From positions 59,846 to 123,845 of the forward strand of contig BTUR01000001.1 in assembly GCA_045863475.1 (NCBI GenBank): a stretch of DNA of 64,000 nt, given 5' to 3'. How positions within the stretch are numbered: the first letter of the stretch is position 1; each line of letters starts with the position of its first letter. A program made the position numbers and the translations under genes. This document shows positions 56,783-64,000 of this stretch, one piece after another. A model generated the notes under the pieces. It ran no database searches and was not told the origin of the DNA. It worked only from the letters and a program-made list of their open reading frames with translations. Origin of the DNA: Candidatus Campbellbacteria bacterium (lineage in GTDB: Bacteria; Patescibacteriota; Minisyncoccia; Phycocordibacterales; EsbW-18).

Positions 56783-57886
56783 TCAGCGTGACGCGACAGT
56801 TTTTCCGCTCGGCAAAATCAAGTCAATCCGGTCGCCTTCTTCGGGAGCCATGTCGGTAATAACCGCAGGAAATGGAATACTCGTGTTTGGTGCAAGTAGT
56901 GTCGCGTTTGGGAATGAAAATGTTTTGTCTTCTTTCTCGCCTGATTTCAGGCGCAGTTCCCAACCGGAGAGATCGAGTTCGTACTCACTTTCATTCCGTA
57001 CTGTTATAAAACCGCGCGGGCCGTACACGACGTCCCCTATCGACACGGCGGGTTCCGTGACACGCACTACCACTTTATCGCGTGACTTCTGCTCTTTTCC
57101 GGAAACCGAGAGTACCGCCGTGTACGTGCCCGGGAAATGGTAGATGTGGTGCACGCTCGCTCTCCTGTCGGTTGCTCCGTCACCGAAGTTCCATGAGTAC
57201 CGTGCAAACTCGAGGCGCTCCCCTTTCTCATCAACACCGTAACCGTCAAAGAATGCAGATGCACCGGCGACCGTGCCGATATCAGGACCGGCATACGAGA
57301 ACGCCCGCTGCACGTAGCCATTGGTTGTTTTTGCGGTCGATGTCTTCTTTGTAGTGCTTGTTCCGGCCACCTCACCCGACTCCTTCTCTTTTTTTGTGTT
57401 CTCGGTGCTGTTTGCCGCACGCGGTGTGGGAACACCTGTAATCCACGAGCCGTCCCCCTGGCGCTGTGCCGTGTGTTTTGTTGTATTGTCGCCGCCGAGT
57501 GACCAGTTCTCACCGCTTTGTACTTCATCAATCTTTGTACCAGAAGCATCACTAAGTGTCAGATGCTCCGTGTCGTTGCCGATTGCTCCGGTAAATATAA
57601 GATCCGCCGGAACATCCGGCACGGACGCGTCATCACTGCGCTCCAACAAAAAGTAGCCACCGGCCTCGATGACACCGGACAGTGCAATGGAGGGCGCGCC
57701 GTCCTCCCCGGAGAGCCGCCAGCCATCAAGCGACATGTGATCGGTGCCGTCGTTGTACAGCTCAATCCATTCGTCGTTTGCCGAAACCGACGTTCCCATC
57801 CAGGCAACTTCGTTGATAACAACAGCAGCCCCGGCCGAAAGTGGCCAGAGTGCGATGCATGTAAACAAAAAGAATGCGTGTTTCAT
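56783..57886 (-). CDS. Secreted protein with lamin-tail domain (LTD), PKD domain and second LTD-like domain
   Basis: Signal peptide; VVINEV...NDEWIELYN.G...LDGWRL (LTD); YSWNFGDGATD...HIYHFPGTYTAVLSVSG (PKD); LDLSGWELRL. Confidence 0.7.
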   Translation of the reverse strand: MKHAFFLFTCIALWPLSAGAAVVINEVAWMGTSVSANDEWIELYNDGTDHMSLDGWRLSGEDGAPSIALSGVIEAGGYFLLERSDDASVPDVPADLIFTGAIGNDTEHLTLSDASGTKIDEVQSGENWSLGGDNTTKHTAQRQGDGSWITGVPTPRAANSTENTKKEKESGEVAGTSTTKKTSTAKTTNGYVQRAFSYAGPDIGTVAGASAFFDGYGVDEKGERLEFARYSWNFGDGATDRRASVHHIYHFPGTYTAVLSVSGKEQKSRDKVVVRVTEPAVSIGDVVYGPRGFITVRNESEYELDLSGWELRLKSGEKEDKTFSFPNATLLAPNTSIPFPAVITDMAPEEGDRIDLILPSGKTVASR

Positions 57887-58081
57887 CCCGTTAGAGAAAG
57901 GAAATGCAAAACATTTCCGCGGTTATTTAAAATAAACCAAACTTTTTTAAAGCCGGTCTATACGCCTCCCGTCCGAGATTACGACTATCTAATCTCTAAC
58001 GGGATTCATACGCACGCACGATACAGAATCGGATATGAAAAAAATATAAGGACTGAGTGGCTGCGTCCCTTAGGGACGATT

Positions 58082-59869
58082 TTAGTTTTTTTCGTCGCGT
58101 TTAAAGAGATCTTTCAGGACGTGTTCTGGAACTTCTTTTGGTTGTTGCTTCTCCTGCTTCTGTTGCGGCGGTTCAGTTTTTTCCGTCTCTCGGCGCGGTT
58201 CTTCTTTCGGTTTTTGCGGTGCCGCAGGCGGAGGTGTCGGTGTTTTTTCTGCAGCATTCGCTTGTACGTCACCGATAACCGCGGAAAGTGCCGCGCGTAA
58301 GTCAGAGAGGTGCGCTTGTGACGGCCCCTTCTCTTTTTTCACGTGTTTGTGTTTTTGTTTGTGCCGATCTGCATCGTGACGGAGATTGGAAAGCGACACC
58401 GCTGCACGCAGTTGTGTCTCTCGATCAACAGCGGGTGCCGGAGCAGGTGCCGGGCCCCTGTGAGCGTGCTCGGGTCGCTCTGTGCGCGGCTGCTGCGGCC
58501 GACGCTCTTCTCGGCGAGGGCCGTGATTCCCGTGTCCCTCACCTTCTGGTCGAGGTTGCGCGCTCTTGCCGAAGTTTTTTTGGTGCCATTTCAAAATGTC
58601 GTTCTCCACAACGGCGCGCGGATGCGCGAATTGCGCACGTGAACGCGCGATAGAAACGTCACGGTATGAAATGTGCGGCACGGTAATCGGCGGCAGCGTA
58701 CGCGCGGAGAACGGCGAGGACGCCATGCCGTCAATCATGAGCTTGAGATAAATCTGGTAGCGGTCCAGGTTCACAAGGTCTTCGGCGGTAAATGCCGGCG
58801 CGTACTCCTTCTCAAGATATTCGGCGTCAGTCGCACCGACACGAAATGTCATCATGGTGCCGACGTTGCCGAACACGGCGGCGCGTACTTCCTCGGACAT
58901 TTGTTCAATGTACTGGTGCGCGATGGTGAGGTTGAGCTTGTACTTGCGAGCTTCCGAGAGAATGTCGGCAAACGACTCGTTGGCAAATGACTGAAATTCG
59001 TCCACGTACAGATAGAAGTTCGGCAGCTTTTCAAGTTCCGGCTCGCGCAAATCAGCGCGTGACATCGCGGCGAGGTAAATCTTCGTGATAATCATGGAAC
59101 CAAGGAGGTTCGCACTGTCCTCACCCACCTGCCCCTTTGAGAGGTTGATGATGAGAATCTTTTTCTTGTCCATGATTTCGCGGATGTTGAACGTGGACTT
59201 CGGCTGACCGATGATGTTGCGGATAACCGGATTGGCGGTGAATTGTCCGACCTTGTTTTGAATTGCCGGTGTTGCCTCTTGTGCGAAGCGGTCGGTGTAG
59301 TTGGCAAACTCATCTTCCCAGAACGATTTCACACCCGGGTCGGTAACGTGCGAAACAACTTCCTTGCGAAAATCTTTGTCCGCGAGCATGCGGTTAATGC
59401 CAAGCAGTGTTGAGCCCGGATACTCCAGGAGGGCGAGAATGGTGTTGTTGAGAATGTACTCCATGCGCGCCGACCATGCATCCACCCAGATTTTTTTGAA
59501 CGCCGACATCAAACCCGCCGCAACGAGGTGGCGCTTGTCCGGTCCGATATCTTCCATGACGTTGAATGACACCGGGTTGGCGAGGTCAAACGGTGCAAAA
59601 TACAGCACGTCGTCAACGCGCTCTTTGGGAATGTAGTCGAGGAGTAAGTCGGCGCTCCGTCCGTGCGGATCAATAAACGCGAACCCTTCGCCGTTTTGGA
59701 TATCCTGAACGGCCATGTTCTCCAGGAGTACAGACTTACCGACACCGGTCTTACCGATGACATACACGTGGCGCGTACGGTCTTTCGCCTTAATGCCGAA
59801 TTTTACCCGTTTGCTGCGATAATCGGTCTCGCCGATATACGTGATGCGGTTTGGGTCGTAGGAGGACAT
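58082..59869 (-). CDS. P-loop ATPase of the VirD4/TraD/HerA-FtsK (DUF87-like) clade with long disordered Pro/Glu/Lys-rich C-terminal tail
   Basis: Walker A HVYVIGKTGVGKS, Walker B NFYLYVDEFQ, sensor TIAHQ; low-complexity tail ...PRREERRPQQPRTERPEH...KQEKQQPKE; start set at MSSYDP. Confidence 0.55.
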   Translation of the reverse strand: MSSYDPNRITYIGETDYRSKRVKFGIKAKDRTRHVYVIGKTGVGKSVLLENMAVQDIQNGEGFAFIDPHGRSADLLLDYIPKERVDDVLYFAPFDLANPVSFNVMEDIGPDKRHLVAAGLMSAFKKIWVDAWSARMEYILNNTILALLEYPGSTLLGINRMLADKDFRKEVVSHVTDPGVKSFWEDEFANYTDRFAQEATPAIQNKVGQFTANPVIRNIIGQPKSTFNIREIMDKKKILIINLSKGQVGEDSANLLGSMIITKIYLAAMSRADLREPELEKLPNFYLYVDEFQSFANESFADILSEARKYKLNLTIAHQYIEQMSEEVRAAVFGNVGTMMTFRVGATDAEYLEKEYAPAFTAEDLVNLDRYQIYLKLMIDGMASSPFSARTLPPITVPHISYRDVSIARSRAQFAHPRAVVENDILKWHQKNFGKSAQPRPEGEGHGNHGPRREERRPQQPRTERPEHAHRGPAPAPAPAVDRETQLRAAVSLSNLRHDADRHKQKHKHVKKEKGPSQAHLSDLRAALSAVIGDVQANAAEKTPTPPPAAPQKPKEEPRRETEKTEPPQQKQEKQQPKEVPEHVLKDLFKRDEKN

Positions 59870-59945
59870 GGATTTCAAAGACTGTGGGTCCCGCGCGGCG
59901 GCGGACCAGCTAGAGTTCAGTATAAAGCACAAATGAAAAAGAAAA

Positions 59946-59977
59946 AGCGCCGAGCTGTCTGAGCAGACAGCTCGGCG
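59946..59977 (-). terminator. Strong rho-independent terminator for the minus-strand small-gene operon
   Basis: gcgccgagctgtc tgagca gacagctcggcgc (13-bp stem); minus strand followed by tttttctttttcattt. Confidence 0.75.
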
Positions 59978-60006
59978 CGAACCCCGCGTCCTTCCTCAGT
60001 AGTTGA

Positions 60007-60456
60007 TCACAGCGATAGGCCTCCTTGGTTGACCCTGTCTGCGTTGACGTTCCTGACGGCGCCACGTGCAATCTCTTCGACGGTCGCGAGATCGTGCGGG
60101 TCTCCCCACACCCACCGCACTTCTTTGACATCACGCCATGCACCAAGCAGGTGCGGGTACGCGTCCGGTTCGACGGTAAACAATCTCCAGTCGTCGTACA
60201 CAACGAAGCGCCACGGATGGCGGCGCCAGTACGTGACCTGCACCCCGTCGTGGTTCTTGAGGCGCTGTTGAACAACGTGCTCCGGCATCAACGTATCGCA
60301 CGGAGTCACAAACAGCATCCAGAGCCGAATCTCCTCTTTGGACGAAAGACCGCGAATCGGCGCTCGCTTGAGAAGCCCTCGCCAGTACTCATACCGTTCC
60401 ACGGGATGATTCCCGATGACGACGTCCTCCAAGGGACGTGGTCTGTTGTAGAGCAT
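60007..60456 (-). CDS. Hypothetical protein (149 aa), Trp/Arg-rich
   Basis: RBS ggggggtgg 5 nt upstream of ATG (MLYNRPRP); ~58% GC; terminator downstream. Confidence 0.5.
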   Translation of the reverse strand: MLYNRPRPLEDVVIGNHPVERYEYWRGLLKRAPIRGLSSKEEIRLWMLFVTPCDTLMPEHVVQQRLKNHDGVQVTYWRRHPWRFVVYDDWRLFTVEPDAYPHLLGAWRDVKEVRWVWGDPHDLATVEEIARGAVRNVNADRVNQGGLSL

Positions 60457-60584
60457 TGATCCACCCCCCGACTTGTCGGTAATGCTGTCTTGAAAAATGT
60501 GCTTCTGCACACTACCCTACTCTGCAAAAACACGAAAATCAAGAACGCCGTCCGGGGTTAGCCCGAGACGGCGTTGAAGAACAG

Positions 60585-60824
60585 TCATGATTCGGTTTGG
60601 CATCCATCGCGCCTGATACGCTCGCCGCGCACACCGGCGAAGAGCCAGACGGCTTTCAGAAGAAATGCTTCCTTCCAGGTCCCCGACGACACCGCCGTCG
60701 CACCGTATTGCACGAGTGTGTCAGCAAGTGCAATGACCCAGATGAACGTAACCAGGGACAGCGGAATGAAAAAGAGTCCCGTGCCGGAGAGCGCGTACCC
60801 GAATGGCACAAGAAACTTCTTCAT
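60585..60824 (-). CDS. Small two-TM membrane protein (79 aa)
   Basis: RBS ggaaggtgag; ATGA overlap with upstream ORF stop; hydrophobic helices. Confidence 0.45.
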   Translation of the reverse strand: MKKFLVPFGYALSGTGLFFIPLSLVTFIWVIALADTLVQYGATAVSSGTWKEAFLLKAVWLFAGVRGERIRRDGCQTES

Positions 60825-61063
60825 GCGCTCACCTTCCTGCACCAGATGGAGATGGCCTTGGAACCTTTCTTCCACGTAACCCTCCATCCGCGTTCCTTGT
60901 ACATCTTGAAGAGACACTGCAACACTTCCGCCGGCAGACCCGTCGGCGAATCCCACCGGCCAACGGTCAGCAAACCCGTGTTGATGGAGCCCTCGAGATA
61001 CGAGAGCATCGCCGGCAGATTGTTTTGGCAATCCAGATGATCCTGCACCGATACGACGCGCAT
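60821..61063 (-). CDS. Hypothetical small protein (80 aa)
   Basis: Strong RBS gggagggag immediately upstream of ATG; 57 nt after hydrolase gene stop. Confidence 0.45.
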   Translation of the reverse strand: MRVVSVQDHLDCQNNLPAMLSYLEGSINTGLLTVGRWDSPTGLPAEVLQCLFKMYKERGWRVTWKKGSKAISIWCRKVSA

Positions 61064-61119
61064 GACTCCCTCCCTTTCCGTTGAGGTACGTTTCTGAAAA
61101 ATCTGCCCCCTACAGTGCC

Positions 61120-62481
61120 CTACCGCCCTGTCGGTGTCAAAGAGCTGCCGGTGGCAGTCGCTTCATGGAGTGCAGCGCGTGTGTACGTGTTGCCTGCATC
61201 CCACAGCGCCCAGGAGGTCAGTCCTGCGTCGTATGTTGCCTGCATCTGTGCACGAACCATCTCAGGTGTATACGTCGCGCCGAGGTCAAAGTCCTGCAGC
61301 CAAGGGCGCATTTGTAGTACGTTGATGTTGCCATGTCCTTTGTTTGCCTGTGTACGCAAATAGGTGGCTTCGGTTGTTGTTGCGGTTGAATTTTTTGCCT
61401 CCGCCATAGCACGCACGCGCCGCACCGCCTCGTCCATAGAATACTTCACCACTTCGTACGGGGAGCTTGCCGGTTTTGCAATCCCGATGAATCCTGCGTT
61501 GTAGTGCGACGGGTACACCATCGGCATCACGTAATCAAAGTACGGGAGCGCGCGTTCAAGCAGCTGTCCGATGCCGAGATCGTCGCGGTTCGTTGTTGTG
61601 TACCCAAAGAGATCAACGGAGAGCACCGGGCGCGGTTCATCGTCTGAGAAAATATTGCGCACCGAACGCAAACCCGACGTCGGTGCCTCGCCCGTATCAA
61701 GTGCTTCGTAGAGATATGCGAAAAAAGTTTCGAGCTCCACATCTTTCGGCTTGCCCTCAGAGAGCGTGAACGCGATATCTTTCATGTTGCCGTCGGACGG
61801 ATAGCGCACGTAGTCGTAGTTAAGTTCATCAAACCCGAGTGCGTATGACTCACGCGACAGTTCAATGATGTAGTCCCAGAATGGACGCGCACCGACATCG
61901 ATAAATGACAGTCCTTTGTGGTCCGTCCAGACAACCGACGTGTCACTCTCTTTCTTCACCGCGAGTTCCGGGTGCAGTTTGCTGTAAAACGGATCTTGGA
62001 ACACCGTAATGCGTCCGACGACGTAAATATTTTTGCCGTGGAGCATTTTGATGAACTCTTTCATGTCACGCGCGCCACACGCGTCAGATACGGACGGTGC
62101 AAGCACCGGATTATCGGTCGTAAAGGCGATTTTTCCGGAAAAATCCTTGATGTCAATGATAACGGCGTTGAGTTCGGTCTCATCAATGAGCTTTACGAGC
62201 TTCTCGCGAAACGACGGTGTGCCGACGACACACTGCGTCATGTAAATTGCCTTGAGCGGGTCGGGTGTCGGGAGGTGCACCACGTCAGAGGCGGGCTTTT
62301 TTTCCTCTTCGTCAAACGTCGCGTTCTGTGCCTTCACTTCCTGCTGGTTGTATCGGTATGAAAAAATCTGCGGTCCGATGAAAAAACCAACAAGGAAGAT
62401 GACGACTGCCACCAACGATGCCCAGAGGAGCACCGGAGAGAACCATCGTATATGTTTACGCGATATGGGTTGTTTCATCAT
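61120..62481 (-). CDS. Putative TIM-barrel glycoside hydrolase-like protein (DUF4015/GHL-type), N-terminal signal anchor
   Basis: TM anchor ...LLWASLVAVVIFLVGFFIG; NAVIIDIKDFSGKIAF, GRITVFQDPFY motifs typical of DUF4015 family; start set to MMKQP. Confidence 0.6.
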   Translation of the reverse strand: MMKQPISRKHIRWFSPVLLWASLVAVVIFLVGFFIGPQIFSYRYNQQEVKAQNATFDEEEKKPASDVVHLPTPDPLKAIYMTQCVVGTPSFREKLVKLIDETELNAVIIDIKDFSGKIAFTTDNPVLAPSVSDACGARDMKEFIKMLHGKNIYVVGRITVFQDPFYSKLHPELAVKKESDTSVVWTDHKGLSFIDVGARPFWDYIIELSRESYALGFDELNYDYVRYPSDGNMKDIAFTLSEGKPKDVELETFFAYLYEALDTGEAPTSGLRSVRNIFSDDEPRPVLSVDLFGYTTTNRDDLGIGQLLERALPYFDYVMPMVYPSHYNAGFIGIAKPASSPYEVVKYSMDEAVRRVRAMAEAKNSTATTTEATYLRTQANKGHGNINVLQMRPWLQDFDLGATYTPEMVRAQMQATYDAGLTSWALWDAGNTYTRAALHEATATGSSLTPTGR

Positions 62482-63109
62482 GTGATACTTCTTGCCGCAG
62501 TGTCCCGCCATACCGCAGATATAATCCCCAAGCGATATAAAACAGTCCGATGCCTGCTGAAATCCATTGCTTCCAGAGAAGCGGAATGCCGATGACCTGC
62601 GTCAACAGGAGCACCACACCAAGCAAAACGAGTGTGCGTGTTTGTTTGCGGTTCATGGGGATAAGTATAGCGTGCAGAACCAAAATATTGTAGTGTGAAT
62701 TACAGACGAACCGCGAAGCATGCGCTTCGCAGAAAGGAGAGCACCATGAGAGCGTGGAGGGGATGATGCGTAGGCACACCCGCAGGAAAACTTCCAACTT
62801 CGGCAAGATGATCGACCGCGGTATCTGGATTCGCCACAGGTACATCCAGAACGGCATCCGCCGGCGCATCATCGATGGACGACGCAGTTACATCGTCCGG
62901 GCTCACCGTGGAAGGAGCACCTCACATCGGTGCAGGAGCACCGTCACCAACATGAAGGCCCGTACCATCTAGGGGGTGATCCGGCGCCTCGGCGCCATAT
63001 CTGCCGCCGACGGGGCGGTGCAGGGTCCCACCGCAACGGGTAGTTGCCGCAGCACCATCCGCAACACTCTCCTGCCACCACGGCCGTCTCGATTCCGAGG
63101 CGGCCGCGT

Positions 63110-63805
63110 TTATTTTCCAGAAACAATCACCACAAATTCCCCTTTTTGCTTCTCTGTGTTGTCTTCAAAATATTTCAGTACCTCTTCGGCACTTCCGCGC
63201 ACTACTTCTTCGTAAATTTTGGTCAGTTCGCGCGCGATGACGACAGTTTTTTCTTTCGGCAGAACATCCGAAAGTGACGCGAGTGTTTTCATGATGCGGT
63301 GCGGTGATTCATAGAAAATCATCGCGCGCTTACTCTCCGCAATCTCTTTGAAGAGTGTTTGGCGTCCTTTTTTGTGCGGCAAAAACCCTAAGAACACAAA
63401 ATCCGCAACGGGCACGCTTGCAATGGAGAGCGCTGCAGTGAGCGCCGAAGGACCGGGAATAACTTCAATGCGAACATCCGGCATTTTCTCCCGAACGACT
63501 GACACCACGAGCCCGCCCGGGTCCGATACGCCCGGCGTTCCTGCATCAGAGACGAGCGCAACCTTCTTCCCCTCAGTTAGTGCTCCCATCACTGAGCCGA
63601 TTTTTGCGTGTTCGGTGCGCGCATTCAAAGATGTCGTGCGTGTGTGAATGTCGTACTTATCCAGCAGGCGCTTCGTTACTCGTGTGTCTTCACAAAAAAT
63701 AACGTCCGCCTCTTTCAAAATGCGCAACGCGCGGAGCGTCACGTCTTCCAAGTTGCCTATCGGCGTTCCCACCACGTAAAGCGTTCCGAGTATTTCACTT
63801 GTCAT
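63110..63805 (-). CDS. rsmI: 16S rRNA (cytidine1402-2'-O)-methyltransferase
   Basis: LYVVGTPIGNLEDVTLRALRILKEADVIFCEDTR tetrapyrrole-methylase-family N-terminus; start trimmed to MTSEILG. Confidence 0.85.
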   Translation of the reverse strand: MTSEILGTLYVVGTPIGNLEDVTLRALRILKEADVIFCEDTRVTKRLLDKYDIHTRTTSLNARTEHAKIGSVMGALTEGKKVALVSDAGTPGVSDPGGLVVSVVREKMPDVRIEVIPGPSALTAALSIASVPVADFVFLGFLPHKKGRQTLFKEIAESKRAMIFYESPHRIMKTLASLSDVLPKEKTVVIARELTKIYEEVVRGSAEEVLKYFEDNTEKQKGEFVVIVSGK

Positions 63806-63825
63806 ACGGGCACTATACATGAAAC

Positions 63826-63852
63826 CGAAACGCCCCGCGAGGAATCCTCGCG
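63826..63852 (-). terminator. Rho-independent terminator for gene entering from window end
   Basis: cgccccgcgaggaatcctcgcggggcg with T-run on minus strand. Confidence 0.5.
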
Positions 63853-63872
63853 GGGCGCGAAACGAACGGAGG

Positions 63873-64000
63873 TTAGACGACGTATGTCTTGAGCAACTGA
63901 TCATCGAGATCCAACTCCTCACCGAGAGCACGCGCATACCCGAGAGTCCTACGGGCGCTCCTCTCATCGCCGTATGAGGTGTACGCTTCGGCGAGCTGCT
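63873..64000 (-). CDS. 3' end of a CDS continuing beyond the window (unknown product)
   Basis: Open minus-strand frame to window edge, stop TAA at 63873-63875. Confidence 0.3.
   Translation of the reverse strand, partial: QLAEAYTSYGDERSARRTLGYARALGEELDLDDQLLKTYVV

Noticed and set aside
57518-58300. 260-aa plus-strand ORF
   Set aside because: Antisense to the LTD protein start and the ATPase C-terminus. Leu/Phe/Arg low-complexity translation.
60597-61040. 147-aa plus-strand ORF overlapping the small-gene operon
   Set aside because: It has no RBS and a low-complexity Arg/His-rich translation. The minus-strand trio has strong SDs and ATGA coupling.

Overview
This window reads as a gene-dense, streamlined bacterial genome segment of about 53% GC, with features typical of Patescibacteria/CPR-like organisms. 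The lineage call is inference from gene content, not a search.

Core housekeeping genes:
- rpmB (ribosomal protein L28), the rpsL-rpsG-fusA str operon, rplY, gatB, obg and a secA-dedA-yvlD-myg1 operon.
- murB and rsmI.
- A sugar-phosphate cluster: fba, a PfkB-family kinase, a split transketolase (two ORFs), rpe, rpiB and gap.

Large cell-surface operon:
- A 2.25k-aa fibre-like giant surface protein with YadA-head/Hep_Hag-like Gly-rich repeats, a peptidase-S74 intramolecular-chaperone domain and a PEPT-repeat tail.
- A downstream 1067-aa membrane-anchored protein with two LamG-like domains.

Glycan-modification locus (roughly 41-57 kb):
- Wzy-like ligase with TPR repeats, a Wzx flippase, five SAM methyltransferases and a Kdo/WaaP-like kinase.
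- Several GT4-family glycosyltransferases, a DegT-like protein, a FemAB-like acyltransferase and a CE4 deacetylase.
- A secreted lamin-tail-domain (LTD)/PKD protein.

Most unusual content:
- A 23S rRNA gene with no upstream 16S, carrying a stem-bounded insertion in the helix-25 region that encodes a GIY-YIG nuclease. Recognisable 23S stops in domain IV (about E. coli position 1958), only about 65 nt from the 3' end of convergent rplY.
- Several short high-GC (about 62-66%) islands inserted between conserved genes. Some encode small proteins with strong Shine-Dalgarno sites; one encodes a Sec-secreted protein where tuf would normally follow fusA.
- Elements bounded by inverted repeats flank a bacterial RRM-type RNA-binding protein gene.
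- A higher-GC operon of three small ATGA-coupled ORFs lies next to a VirD4/HerA-like ATPase.

No CRISPR array, tRNA or transposase was recognised.
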